From the NCBI GenBank assembly GCA_964057225.1, contig OZ059894.1:6882001-6946000 (forward strand): a DNA stretch of 64,000 nucleotides. The letters run 5' to 3'. Position 1 is the stretch's first letter. Every line of letters begins with the position of its first letter. The notes beneath the pieces were generated by a model. The model saw only the letters and a list, made by a program, of their open reading frames with translations, had not been told where the DNA came from and made no database searches. Of this stretch, positions 37,975 through 52,800 are shown piece by piece. The position numbers were made by a program, and so were the translations under genes. Source of the DNA: Auanema rhodensis. Taxonomy: Eukaryota > Animalia > Nematoda.

Positions 37975-40900
37975 TTAATCATTATAGAAATTGAGATATG
38001 GTGAGCATTGTACACCAGCATGAGAAATATTCTGATAATGACCACAGCAGTTAGTATGTGATGAATCTTCTGTTGATGCCTGAAATCAGTTCATTGAGAT
38101 GAGAAGAGTGTCTACAGAAAACTTACACTATTGCTGTTTTGGAAAGCTGCAACATAACAAGGCTTAGCAAAACTTGTTGTACTAAGTTCTTTTAAAGCTG
38201 AATATGTAGCAGCACCTCCTCCAACTAATCCGAAAACTAAAAAATGAAATTTTAGTGACGAACGAGAAGTTTTAAGCTTAGAGTTATAGTTTAGCAAAAG
38301 AATATTGAAAATCTTACCGATAATAGAACCGCACAGAATCAAAGTTGCTTTGTCAGAGTACTTGAAAACACTGAAATAATATTTGGTTAGTATTTCAATT
38401 AAAACTTATTTGAGCATCATCTCTGAATTCAAATACTCACTCCGATAAGGAACATGGTTCTCTGTTCTTAATTCCGGTAACTTCTTCCTTCGTACGAGCA
38501 GAACTAAGGAATAGGTAGAACAGACATGGGAGAATAACTGATGTTAATGTGATCGTTGATCCACCTAGAAATATCACATATATTTATAATAAATCAAATC
38601 ATATGAAATCAGCTTACCGACAAGATCTAGTAACGGACCAAAAGTTGGAACACTTTCAGCAACAAAGACAACAGCAAGCATGATAGTGGTACGGATAACA
38701 ACACGCTTCCATCCGAAACCTGAAGAGACAATGATTTTAGTAATGCAAAAACACTTCAAGGAAAGTTACTTTGAGGAATCTTGAAAAGATCTTCAATTTC
38801 TTGATTTAAAGGATTAAAGACGATTGTCAAAGTGAGGATACAATGAATAGTAATTAAGACATTAATAGATTGTTGAATACCCTTATTCTGAACACAAACC
38901 ATATTATTACATCATGAAAGCATGCTATGAAATACCTGAATAGATGGAATAATGGAATCACGAAGTGATTCTCCATATACAACGTATCCCATAACAGATA
39001 CCGGAACATACATGACAGCCATAACTAAAAAGAAATTTAAGAATAAAGTTAAAACACTAAATACAAACTTGAGAAAGCAAGTAAGACAGATTTAGTGAAG
39101 TCACGAGGATTTTTCATGTCGTGTTGAATGGTAGGGAAAGCAGAATGTCCTTAAATCATGAAGATATATTCTTCAGATTTAAATAATTTGACATACCTCC
39201 GTAAGCGAAAAGGAATGTTCCTAAAGCCAAGAAGAAGCTTGTTACTTTTGCTGTTGGCATAGTTCTATAATAAATCATCAGTATGAGTATGAAATATATT
39301 TATTTTTTTTTTTTTTGTAAATTTTAGATGATAAATCTGTAATTCATCCCCAGTTTTAGTTATAGACTATTCATAGTACCTTTGACTTTCACAAATGCCA
39401 TAATCAATTCCAGATCCAATAAGAATGAGTACAACGGCACATGAAGTAGTGATCATAGCAATAACTACAGCCCACCTAAAGCAAATAAACATGATTTTGT
39501 ATTTTTCTATTTTAAATTTTTGTTTTCAAAAACTTTTTAGTACTAGCTAGATGGTTTGATCTTCTAATAACTAAGTAGATAATATTGATAAAATTATTTT
39601 AAACAACTATTAAGTTCAATTCAATATTCTATTTACATTCTATTACGTTTAGTATATTTAGTGGTTTTAAATATAAATGTTCTTCTTAAAATTCAAATAT
39701 TAGTTTTCTCTTATCAAGCTAAAATATTTTGTTTATATTCTTTACATAGTTCTTATCGAGGACAATAAGATTTACGAATTAAATAAAGACAATTCTTTAA
39801 ACATTTCTAAATCCCCCCCTCCCCTTCCCTTTTTCAACTTTCTCTTCTTTTCATTTTCACATGGTGTTTCTATTCAAAAGTATCAGTAGCATATTAGATA
39901 ATCAGGGAAAGCACATGCATGACGGTGGACTTTATTACCAAAAAACCATTTTGTGCATGGTGATTGTTATGTGATAAGAGAACGTGACGAAAGATGATTT
40001 TGAGTATGTGAAAACTCACCAGAAATCCTGTGGCGACTTCAAGAACGTTATAGGCAACAAGCAAATGGCCAAAATGATGATTACTATACAAAAGCTGATG
40101 CTACCTCCGAAGAAAGCCTGAAAGATTAGAAAAATGAAGTTGTCATTTCTACTGATAATTCTATTAGCTACATTTTTTTGTATTCATTTAACGACTAACC
40201 TTGATGAAATCATGAATGTTCTTGGATGATAAAAGAAGATAAACAACAGCAATTCCGAATTGTGTGATATCGATACATATGGAAACAAGTAGTCTAAAAA
40301 TAAAAAGAAACATTACAAATTCATTTTACAATATTCATATAATGAATAATCAGTCTCATTCTTCACATTCTTCAGTCCTCCTCTGGATTATTTTTATGAT
40401 TAAAGAGGACAATTTGAGAAGTATTCATACCAAGAATGATGTTAATACGTAAGGATAAACAAATATCGATATCATAACGGAATGTGATGTAAGTACTCAC
40501 CTTACAATAGGACCCATGGCTCTGTAACCAATTTCTGGATAAGGCTTACGACAATGCTCATGATATTCTGGCCATGTATCAAGCAGAATGTTCCACGATT
40601 TTCCAAGTACGTAAGCAGTATAAGTAACAACTAAGGTCATAACACATGTGATGGCGATTCCACCCCAGAATTCTGAAATTACACATTAGCTATTATATAA
40701 TTCATTAAATTTCAATCTTATATTTTCTTTTATTATATCAATTTGTATTATTTTTGCTTCTTGAATTTATCTTTTTCATAATCTGATATACATTCAAGAT
40801 AAGCTTCCGAAAATTAATTTTCACGTTTATGCTAATGAGCTCGCACGTGTATATTCTTTTGTGTGCTTATCGCTATGTAGAACGGTTGTATTAGCAAATA

Positions 40901-42431
40901 GCCATTGGAAGAAAGAAACATAAGAACGTACATTGCTTTCTTTCATAGTTTAGTTTTAACTATATAGGAATATGTGCAAAACCAGCAGAAGCTCTATTTT
41001 TAGATTTTAAACTTCCTATATCAACAATTAATGGGCCAAATCTAACTGTTTATGAGTGTGAATCCGTTGAAGTTTGAAATCTTATCTCGGTACCAGTCGA
41101 ACTATAATTAAAATACTTTTATAGTCAATGTTAAACTGCATGTAAGCTATAAAAGCGTTCGCATTCCTCAAAATTATGACGACCTTTAACCGATTTTGAT
41201 GTGTGACATGCTGTATCAATAAAAAGAAAAGGCCAAAAGAGATTGAACTGCATAAACTAATTTGTGAAAAGAGCAGAGCGTTCAATGTCATATCTCAAAC
41301 TATCTAAAGTTTATGTTTAAGGTGTCTTTAACTAATTGTGGAAAAAAATAAGAAGCAATCCCTGTATGATTAGGAAATGTTTGAAATATTTGATACTACT
41401 AAGAGAAATCTGTCAGTCACTTTAGCTTGTACGTGGACCCCCTTGTCACCTACTTATTGTGTTTTCTTGTTAAAGCGATATAAGAGGTCGTATATTAATC
41501 AAGAAAAGGATGGACATCTTTCTTTCATATCAATATTGGATTACACGTGTTCTTCACATAAACTGATAAGTAAACTTTTTGGTGGCAATGACGTATTTAG
41601 ACTTGCCTCAGGCTAAAACCGAGGTACAGAAGCTTGAAAAGAAGAAATTAAAAGAGAGGAGTAAACTACGTATAGAAACATAAAGTTGCTTTAGAATAAT
41701 GAACCCTATTTCCTTGTTACACAAGAATCAAGAATTTCTAAGAATCTCCATCTTGAGAGATTAGCAGAAAAAAAGCGAAATATATGAAAAGATTGGTGAT
41801 AACACCGATTCTTGATCTGACGTAATCTGACAGCCAAAAACAGACTAGAGGCTGTATTCATGTTTGTTATAAGCTTTTTGCTTTACATTTTCTTTGTAAA
41901 ACACAATAGATAAACAGATTACCTGACTGAATCATAGCCGTAGGAAGGGCTACAAGACCACCACCAGCTAAATCTCCAACAACAAACAAGCCAGTGACAA
42001 ACCATCCAAGACCATGTGCATTGATCTTCGGGCCGAGAATAGATCCAGAAGCAGCAGAACTCTTTCTCTTACCATCAGAAGAGCAATCAGTAGTTATAGA
42101 ATCTCTTCTAAAAATATGATGAATTACAGCCGGAAGAAAACAAAGTGTTCAAAATCGCAACAGAATAAGCAATCGCGATAAGGGAAACTTTTGGTACTCT
42201 CTACAAGGTACAGAGAGAACATTTCTTATAGTTTATGATTATCACTGGTATCGCGTAAAGGTCTTCTTCATTTTGGCATAAAACGAAAAGAACGCGAGCA
42301 AAGAACTGATTCATCAATTCTTTAATATGTTTTGTCCAGTGTTTAAGGTGATAGAACAACAACAAATTTGTTCTAAATACTTACGCGATATCATTGTCAT
42401 AATAGCATGGAGGAGCAGCAGGTCCCGTCAT
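37975..42431 (-). CDS. Amino-acid transporter of the Aa_trans/AAAP family, multi-exon
   Basis: [74 protein letters not shown]; many TM segments. Confidence 0.92.
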
Positions 42432-43434
42432 TATTGTCCGCTACAGAAGCTGTCGACTGCTGTACTACAGATGCTTATCAACTGAGAGAACGATTTCTTT
42501 TTCTTTATCAAAGTCTATCCTTTAACTGAGCCTTAGAGGAGGAGCCTATAAAATAACCAATAGGAAAAGAGTACATGGTAAAACGAGCTTTGACTGATGA
42601 AGCAAGCCAAAGAGACTCAATTATCAAGCACAATTCAACTCCAACTGTAGTCTTGAGGAACATAATATAATGAGTATTTGAAAGCTATTTCAAACAATGT
42701 GGCAAAACAGGAAAAAAAGTTCAGCATAGAAGTAGAATAGAAATTGAAATGAGCGTTAAATATAAAATGAAAACCGATTTTTCAAACAACTTCAATGTAA
42801 TGATGTCTAAAGTTTTAATTTATATGATACTACTAAATTAAATCAAATATATTATGAGGAACAACGAAAAAGAGAAAGTAAGCAACCGGTCTGTATAGTG
42901 TATATCAGGTAAAATAAAGCCAATAACACCGATGATTTTATATAGATACCACCCCCATCCCCCCCAAACCAGAAGAAACAGATGTGAATACAGATGACAT
43001 AAAACAGTTTCAAATATAATAATTTGGATATTATCTTAAATCGTCTGTTTTATTTCACCTTTCAATTTCAAATTTGAAAAACAAGATCTTAATCCTTACC
43101 CCATGTATATTCTAAACCTAAACATGATAACCTCCTTTATTGTCCAATATTTAAACTACACGCCGTTTGAATTTGTTAACCCAACATAACACATGGAATA
43201 TCTTGAAGTTTGAATTGAAAGACGAAAGGCAAACAAAAGGTCTTTCAACCAATTATAAGATATCAAAGAAAAAAAGAAAACGCATCTACTACTTAATACC
43301 TTACATAATATGACAGTCATGCAATCATATGATGAGTGAAAACTATGTAAACCAATCCCTTCTTATTTTAAAACAAAGAAAACAAACTTTACTATTAACA
43401 CAAATAGATCCTAAAAACTTTATTGTAAACAATA

Positions 43435-45117
43435 TCACAACGCTTTCTTCATGTCTTCCATGTGCACGCGCCAATGTTTCCATTTCGTTTCCGATTGGAA
43501 GATGTCGGACTCTTCAGTAAAATTAGGAAAAGACGTTATCATGTCTCCTGAAATAGGATTAATGATAATCCTCAGTAGGTAATTCGTAAGAAACACACCT
43601 TTCTTAAAATTTCTACGCACAAACTGCATTGCTTCTACAAAAGCAAAAGAAGCATAAGGCGATCTACATACACTTTGTCTAGAGTACGGATCAAAAAGTT
43701 GCATACAGTTTGGATCAACCACATGTTTTCTAGATATAAGATAGTATTAAGAACATTCTTTCAAATGAATCATCTAACCTTCTTACAGTTCTACCTGTAT
43801 CAATGTATATTGCTGATTCTGATGATCTGAATGATGCATAGTAATCGATAAATCTCACTACAAGTTCAGCTATAGACATCTTGTTGTAAGATTTCCATTC
43901 TGAACATCATAGATTACTATACTGTCATGTGTTTTACCTTACCAATAGGCTTACTGTTACTTTGTAAAGAATATATGATATCATCGATTTCGATATTTTT
44001 TCCTACCAACTCTGGGTGCGTTAATCCCAAAACGGGTAACACAGGCCATGGGGTTAAACACTACAACAAATTTAAAACCTCTTAAGCTATACATTGATCA
44101 AAAACCTTTTCACTTTGCAAGAAGTGAACAATCAACAACACTAGATGATAAGAAGCAAGAGCTCCTACTTTGCTATTCAGAATGTCCAACCGAAGAGCTA
44201 AATGCCGAAGCCATATATACATCAATACAAAACGATCATCACACTGTAAGATCAGCTAAATCACAACAATTCTAAGAAAATGAAACTAACGTGAGCATAC
44301 ATACGAATAAGTTGTGTATTTCTGATGGCATGGAAATTTTCTTCAGAAAATTGAATATCTATCTTTATACCATTACTTAAACCCATTGAAAGTAGAGGAA
44401 CCCAAAACAATGAAAGATGTGTTATTTCAAAATACAGTGATTTTACTCACTCGTCCTTTTGGAATTATTGTGCTGGATGTTACTGTTAAATCAAGCTGTA
44501 TTACTTCTCTTTCAATTAATTTTAAGAGACTGAACATGAACTGACTGAAAGCTAAGTGAAATATTTCCTTCACCTTCAAGTATTACCGTACTTTCTAAAT
44601 CCCAGACTTTTATGAAATTCCCGTAAAAACGAAGACCTGTACGACACATGGGGAACAAACACCTGAACACATTTTTTTGTTTTTAATTTTTGGTTTTCCT
44701 CACGAAATCCAAATCTGATCCTCCACAATAAAGTCCATTCATAGTTGAACCCACCGGAACAAGAGTACACTTTTCAGACACCACGGACGCCGTCATTAAA
44801 GATAGGAATTCTCGACAATCAGGCTAAACTTATGATTCCGACGTGTTAAAATCAAAAAGCAAACCATTCGAAGGTTCTTGCGCTCTTTTTGAGCTTTAGC
44901 CACTTTTGCGTTCAAAACTTCCATCTGCTCCGAATAATGTTTTTTTATTATATCTACATAAGGTAAAACTAAAATAATAAAAAGATTATCCAGGATGAAA
45001 ATTAAAAGATTCAGTACTCTCTGTCTTACTAGTATCACTACTTGTTGATGGTTGTTCAGATGAACATAGGCAACTGTGAGATAATCTCCTACATTTTGTG
45101 AATGAGCGTGCAAGCAT
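43435..45117 (-). CDS. Terminal nucleotidyltransferase (non-canonical poly(A)/poly(U) polymerase family), downstream copy
   Basis: VPVGSTMNGLYCGGSDLDF, IKIDIQF, NFHAIRNT, SYHLVLLIVHFLQ, PVLPVL, ELVVRFIDYYA, LFDPY (PAP-associated region). N-terminus MLARSFTKCRRLSHS. Confidence 0.85.
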
Positions 45118-45255
45118 GGAAAATCTTGAACAAGTTTGTGTAACCAGGGCATCAGTAATAGATCAGTATGACAGAGATTTGTTACTCTTTACAAACAGAA
45201 AATATAAAATTTGGATTTATTACAGTATTTTTAATAAATTAATTGAGTTGTAACA

Positions 45256-46846
45256 TTATAGCGATCGAAATCGCCCAACTTTGAGTTGTTCATGAAGAAA
45301 TGCGAAATGTTCCTTCAATATTGAAGGAGCATTCAGAGTTGAGCATCGAATACCCGTTGAAAAATAAGGATCCACTATTTCCATATATGATGTATTATTG
45401 TATACATCCCCACTTCAAAAAGATATTATTTTGATTACAACGACATTTAGTATGTTCTTACTCTTTTTGGAAAACTTGTCCATCAATATGTAAAGCTGTT
45501 TCAGATAAGTCTATTTGAGCATAATATTCAATAAGATATGCGACTAACTCTCCAGTTGATAATATTATTTTGGCTGGATTTTCATTGAGAACAACTTTTT
45601 CCTAAAATAACGGTGTAAAATGAATGGATAAAGAAGCAATAAATACCCCTGACACTAACATTTGCCCTGCTGAAACCCAAGAGTAAGTTGGCGATAACTG
45701 TATATGTGCACTGGTGCATGGTATAATCTTATTGTCGATATTCTGCAAATAGAACATAAATTCTGATCACTAAGTAGTCACAAAGCACATTGAGAAAATG
45801 AAAAACTAGCATGTATATATGATATGCACTGAAAAGATTTTTATCTCGTAAATTATATTTTTTGAAATTATGCTTGAGCCAATCTATCAAGACAACGACC
45901 TTAGAATCACACTGTAAATAAGTTTGAAACTCATTTAAATTTTAAAAATATGAAAAACCTCAACACATGATCTGATATAGAGAGATGAACGAATAGGATT
46001 TACATTATTAAATTGAATATCCACTGATACATCATCAATCGACAATTTTAAAATTGGAACCTGTATTATTAATGCTAAAAACTTATAGAAAGTAATTCAA
46101 CATACAGCAGCATTGTGTAAAATCTGGACATTTAATGGTTTCACAACTTTACTCAAGGTTTTGTGAACGGCTTTCATGTAACTCCTGAAAAATAATATCT
46201 AATTAATGAATTATTCATGGTTATTGCATACTCCCTGAAAAAATGATTCGTTCCAAATTTGGATTGAAAATCTTCCCGTTTTTTTTCCGAACAAGAAGGT
46301 ATTAGTACCTGGAAATATACCACAAACTGACAAATCAACAGGCAATATATACCAAATCTATATCAGAGCCACTATCCCCAAGTCCCGTTGCAACACTACC
46401 AATTGGAAACAGTTTTCGATCATTGTTTTCTAATGCCTTTCTTAGCAGAGAAAATACTTTCAACATCTAAAAAAATACTTTATATGGTGAATACATCAAA
46501 TATTAATGTATCTTACAGAAACTTGTTGTTTCTTTGTATATTCAAGACGTTTTTCAGTTGCGTGTTCCAATTCTCTCGAAAATTTTTGAAGTTTTTCAGT
46601 GCTATTTCTACATATCTCCTCGGCCAGAATGGGATTAAATACAAAATTTGAATTAAGCCTATTTTTGATCAGACACTCTTAAAACTTTTAAGTTAATATA
46701 TAGAAGATAATATTGTAAAACATACTATGAGCATTTCCTTGAGCTCTATTAGGTCGCGATAAGACGCCACCTCTTCTGATTTCAACATTTGAACTTGTTC
46801 GAACAGGCTCCACAATTAATTTACTCAAACGATGTCTGCATAACAT
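45256..46846 (-). CDS. Terminal nucleotidyltransferase family protein, upstream copy
   Basis: FPIGSVATGLGDSGSDIDL, VPILKL, VSVDIQFNN, SAYHIYMLVFHFL, ELVAYLIEYYA, IVDPY; in-frame TAA at 45258-45256. Probable start MLCRHRLSKL. Confidence 0.8.
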
Positions 46847-49800
46847 AATATAATATCTTCAGCTGCTTCAGAAGCATGTTGAAGCTTTAACATTACCCTT
46901 CAAATAAAAAAAAAGGTTACCTACGCTATGTTGCGTATGAAACTCCTAAGAATTTAATAAATTCAAATTGAAATAAAATTTAAATTGAGGCTTGATTCAA
47001 ACAGATTTAACTTTTTTTTTCTTTTATCATGGTAAGTTCTCATTCTAAAAATAAATAATATGATATTAATGAAACAGCTTTAATATAATTTGGAAAATAC
47101 TGTTAGAACATAAATTTATATAGTATTTTCTCAGTACTTTAATAACGTTTTCAATAAATTAAATTTGATATCATTAACGAACACTTCGTAGTAATTTAGG
47201 TTGATAGAGATTTTATAAAAATATTTTTGCACAACTGAAGTAAAAATATTTTTTCACTATTTTCTTAGCCTAGGCTAGATTAATTATTAATTAATATACA
47301 TCTTACGTGAACGTGAAAAATAACAAATAAATCTCATTATTATTCCTGGAAATCTATTGACCGGTTGCATTTTTCTGGGTTAAATATATAATTTTCATTT
47401 GTTGATTAGGCTTTGTTGATTCGGACACCGCTCATATAGCACGGAATTAACTAATAAGATGAGGCATTTCCTATTTGCACATAAATTTTTATTTTTCAAC
47501 AGCGGTTCAAATAACAAAGAAACTTAGAAACGGCATTGAAAAATCAAATTTCCGGTGACCTTAAGAAGAGTGGATTAATTTTGTTCTTTTTGAAGCCTTT
47601 CAATCAGTTTGTAAGAAATGAGTGCTTCATTTTTGTCATTTTATGGGTTTTGTTAGAAAATACGTTTCTAGTATCCGTTACATTCCAAACTACGTCAACA
47701 TATTCAATTTCAACGAAACAGTAACAACTCAAACGGAAAGATTTAAACAAATTGTAGTGAGAAAAGGAGGTTTTAAAATGGGATTATAGCCAGTTGATCA
47801 TTTTTTTCGTTAAAATTTGATTAAATCATTCAATTAGTGCTTATGAAGCTTAACGAACGAGCTAATGCTGTTTGTTTGGCATAATACTATCATAATGCTC
47901 AGCTTGCATCAGAACGACAATTAACATTTAGACAAGCTAAAAATAGAATTAACAAATGAATTACATCACATCATGAAAGTACCAAATGATGATAGGCGAT
48001 TTAGTACTAGCTTTGTGAGAAATATTTACTTATCCCGGAACTTTCCAGGAACATCATATTTGAAAATCAATTGGTCTGCTCTTTGTGACTTCTTAATCGG
48101 GTGCATTTCGTATCCTTCGTCAATGAAACATAATAAGATCGACCCATATATAGGTGATGATGCATATGGATTCTAGTGTTACGTTTATTTAAAAAGCTTC
48201 CAGTATCAAGTACTATTGATATTCTGCAACAGACTTGAGTAAAGAAAACTACGAGATCTCGTAAGCTTTCGTTTTCTGATTGTTTGGTCTTTGGACAATA
48301 AAATCGAATGACTTCTATAGATATTTGAGTTCTAAGCTTAATATTTAATTATTTAAAGTTAAGATTAGATTAGTTTATTATCGTTTTTTTTCATTCTTCA
48401 ATTCAGTTTTTAGTTAAAATACATCAAAACTGTCAATTTGATAGCGTGTCAAGGTATAGAATTCTGCTATAAATCTTCAAGTACATTGCTCAAAAATTTA
48501 CAATTTGCATTGTATCCACTTTGAAACAGGAATTCTCATTACTGCTTAATTACATTCTGCTTTTTTTGCCCCTTGACTAGTAGAAATTACGAAGAACTAA
48601 GACTAAAAACTTATTTTCACACTCCTTTGAGTCAATATTCTCCGCAACAGTGGGTTACCTTTTGTGACTAAAGTTCAGAAAAAATAATATATATATATAT
48701 CGATGAGTAGATGAGTTTGTCGTCACCTTTTATTTTGCATTTGCACGTTGTCGTTCATCATCTTTAGTCTCATTTATCTTTATTCTGAGAAGGCTAAACT
48801 TTGTTTTTGATTTCAGTCAATATGCATTAAGAAGCATAATTTTTTGTAACTCCAGGAACATTTTTTTAACTTCTAGACTAAGCTAATTAAGGAATTCAAT
48901 ACTAGCCAGATGGAATATTAGGTTGCTTCTGAGACATTTTGCTCAAACAAAATTTCAGCCGCTTTTGTATTTTGAAAAACTTCTATGAAGCATAATCGAA
49001 ATTCAAAACATTTACATATATGTCCAAAGAAATATACATGAGCAGCTGAGAGTGTGAACAAGAGAGAATGAAATAGGAAATATTGAAAATGAATGAAAGG
49101 GAGTGGGGAAGCATGATGGAGATCAAGAGAGATGGACAATGATGAAGGCACAGTGAGAGGGTACGAGAGGACAAGAGTAAGATCTGTCCGTTACTGGCTA
49201 AGGCTGTGGCTCGCACTGCTGGTTGTCATGAAACAGCTGAGTGAGATTCATGTCGGGAATTACAATTCATTTATTATAATCTGGTATCTCTACTCATCTC
49301 AACTCAATAATTGTGTTCATGTTCCATAGAGTTCAAAATCAATTACAGATCAATAGGCCGCTATGCTCGGAATAGGCTAGGAAACTCTCATGAAGCCTGT
49401 GCAAAGGCAATTTGGAACGATAGGCTTGTAGAAACGAGAGAGAGAACGGCGTAGAATATGCTAAGGCTTAGCCGATGTAGCTTGTGGAAAATGAGATAGA
49501 CGCAGAGGATGCAACAGCAGGCCAGAACCAGGGGTTGGGCGAAAAGAGGCAAAGCTGTGGTATCTTCGTCCCCAATCGTCTCTCTTTATTCTCCCTACTA
49601 CTCTCTCTAAATATATATCTTTTTTTCTTCTCTAAACTTTCTATTTTTTGTTTTTTTTTCATCCATCTCTTATCCTTAGAGCATCTGTCAACCACTATGA
49701 ACCACAGCGTCCGGTTCCACTCACATTCAATATTCTATGGCTGAATTTAAGGTTATTTCTTTATCAACTATTTCTTATTTACATAATTCAATCTTTATTG

Positions 49801-52800
49801 ATTTTAAATTTGCAAATTAAAGGTTTTTGATCTTCGAATGCGAAAATTTATATTCTGTTCACTCATTCGCATTTATCTGTTACCTCATATCTTCATCTCA
49901 TATTAAGCACTACTAAGAGTTTCAGTCCATCTGTCGGTCTTATTGTTTTATGTTTTCTTTTTCTTCATTTCCTCTCCCCCTCAATCATTTGGCTTCCTAT
50001 AATCACTAAGACAGCTCCATTGCCGTCGGTTGCTCTGGAGATTTTTGCGCAACCTTATATAATAATTGCTTGGACTAACAGCAGGCTCGACTAGCCCCCA
50101 GAATATGTTATTCGTTTTCTTTCACTGAAACACGGAAGAATTACAAAATATTTTATATTCGAAATCATAAGTGAAAAAAAAGAAAGAAGAACAACCGCTC
50201 AAGAACGTTCATTTTTCAAAATAATGTCATTTGAACACGTGGAGAATGCACGTGAAAATGACGCCTTCGAATTCAAATGATGTGATATACCTATTTCTTT
50301 TTTCAATTCGCATTGCTTTTTATACCGGTTTCCCTTTATCTCACATTCACATATGGACATATGTATATCTATACGGTAACATTGTAAATGATTCATTTCT
50401 ATGTTTCTATTTTTAAAAAAAATCTTTCTATTCATGGTATTTTTCGTATCTTTTACCATTATCAGTAACTATTTTTGGATATCCGTCTTAAATGCAAGCA
50501 ACAGCCCAATAATGTTTTTTTAAGAAAATGCTCTGAAGACAATTCCAAATCCCATATTTTTTGGTGATATATAAATCTTTCCTGAAAACTTAGATGTTTT
50601 CCTTGCTTGGTGGATATGATTCATTCACTATATCTTTCTCAGTTTTTTATGTTTTTTAACGCTTTTAGTGAATTTTGTCCTCATGATACTTATCGCTATT
50701 CTCTTCTTTTCTAAGCATATTGCTCAATGTGTTCGAAAACTGAAAAGTTGCATTTTTGGTTTATTTTTGGGGGAAATGCGTCATAGCAGTCTTACGATAG
50801 TCTTGAGATTCTAGATTCATACATCATAATCATAAGGTTTGAATGTGTTTTATTGCTTTCTTCGTGTTTTTTTTTCAAAACATAACTAGTTCAACATCTT
50901 TCTTCGTTAAAACCTTTTGTTCTAAGTTGGTCTAATACTTTTAAATATTGTTCAACTGACTATCTTTATTCATTTTCAACCAATGGTGCTCAAATGGAAT
51001 TAACATTGTTCTTATTTGTTGCTTAAATTGACATTTGTTCATCTTCTTAATCTTATCTACATGGCTGATGATCATCTTAAAATGGTACAAGCCTCGCTAT
51101 TCAAAGACTGTTCACATTTTTTCTTTTCTTTTCCTCTCTTTCTTTAAGTCTCACAACATTTCGAGTAGAAAGGATAGCAGAGAACAAAAAAAAAGATAGA
51201 AAATAAAGGATGAGCGACAACACTTTGACCCTCCAGATACATTTGATCGAGCAGACTCTCACCCAGACGGCCACTCGATTCATGTTTGTCTTCACATTGT
51301 TCGTTATATCAACCACCTCGTCTTGCCCATATCTTCAAATTTATTTCATTTAGTTTGAATTTCGTCAAATTAATATCCGAAAACTTGAGTGAGGGATCTG
51401 ATATTTAGCTTTTCTCGTTAAATGTTTTCTGGATTATTTTGAATGTTCGTCGTCAATGATGTTCAATCTTGTACTCACAATGAGAACAATAAGCAATCAG
51501 CAATGTATGTATCAAGTCTCAATCCAGCTTTCGTCATTGCAAATGTCTCAATGTCATATATTTCGTTTTCGACATTGTACATCTACAAGTTCATCCCTAA
51601 TTACAAGATTTTAAACCTCCTCAACATTTCTTTTATCTGGCTTTCAGACAGCAATGTTATTCAATCTGTTCACTTTGAAACTTTGAAATGTATAAGATTG
51701 TTTGCTATGTTTTCAACACGCTTTTCGACATATACATAAATTATTTTTAATATTTTGATCACTTCACAAATCTTGTTTGAAATTCATCTGCTTTTCTTGC
51801 TAGCTGTTCTGTGGCCATTCGTTCTCTGTTCTCTGTTTCGCTTTCAATCTTCACCCGAGCCTTAGTCACAATACCATTGAGTAGTTAAGTTGTTCAGTTC
51901 GCTTTTTTTCTTTTGAAGTTATTGCTTGAATGAATTGTCAAAATACTTTCATACTCATAGATACACAGATCACTAGTTCTTGCTCTCTTACACTCCTAGT
52001 TTGCATCTTTTTTTCTTCTTTCTTGTATAGCCTCTATTTTCGTTATTCACTACCATACTATAAACTCTACTCTGTCAAATATTCGAGCCTTTTGTTGTTT
52101 TCCACCGGTTCTAACATCAGTATTTAGTAGAATTTCAGAATAAAAAGACATTGAAAAGTGAAATTAATGGCAACATGAAAGCATTACGCTATTCACTTCA
52201 TGTGATGCTTTAGTCTATTTGCCTAAGGATCTTCTATCTATTTTTCCATTGTCCATTATAATATCATTTTTTGAAAATAACTCAAAGATTGAAATATCTC
52301 TGGCTCTGGTTGAAGAAATGATGTCACTCGTCCTCATAATCAACTACCCCCCCCCCCCCGCTAAGTATTCTCGTTATCATCAATTCCGTACATATTTAAT
52401 ATCATCATTAATATTTTTCTTCAAAGAAATTAATAATTCCTTTTAAAATAAAACTTTTCATTTACCTTATAACTTATACTTCTAGCTTTTGTATAATTTT
52501 TCTTTCAAATCTTCAGTCAGGATTTGAAATCTTCTCTTCTCCATTGCAACCCAATTTAAGTTCCGGGAAGGGTGCGGAGGGAAGTTGAAGTCAAAATCGT
52601 GCCACAACTTAAGAAGCGAACTTGTCCACACTATCGCCTTGGGAGTTTTTTTTTTCATTTATATTTTTTCGTTTTCTGTTTTGAAAATAAACAGAGAAAA
52701 TGACTATATGACCGACTCTAGAACTCAGGACAACCCTGAGAACCGACAATATCTTCCCATCAAACTTTGATAGAAATTTAGTCTATTTACCTATGAATAA

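Noticed and set aside
43435-46846. A single two-domain TUT4/7-like nucleotidyltransferase
   Set aside because: An in-frame stop at 45258-45256, a poly(A) signal and a fresh ATG exon favour two separate genes.
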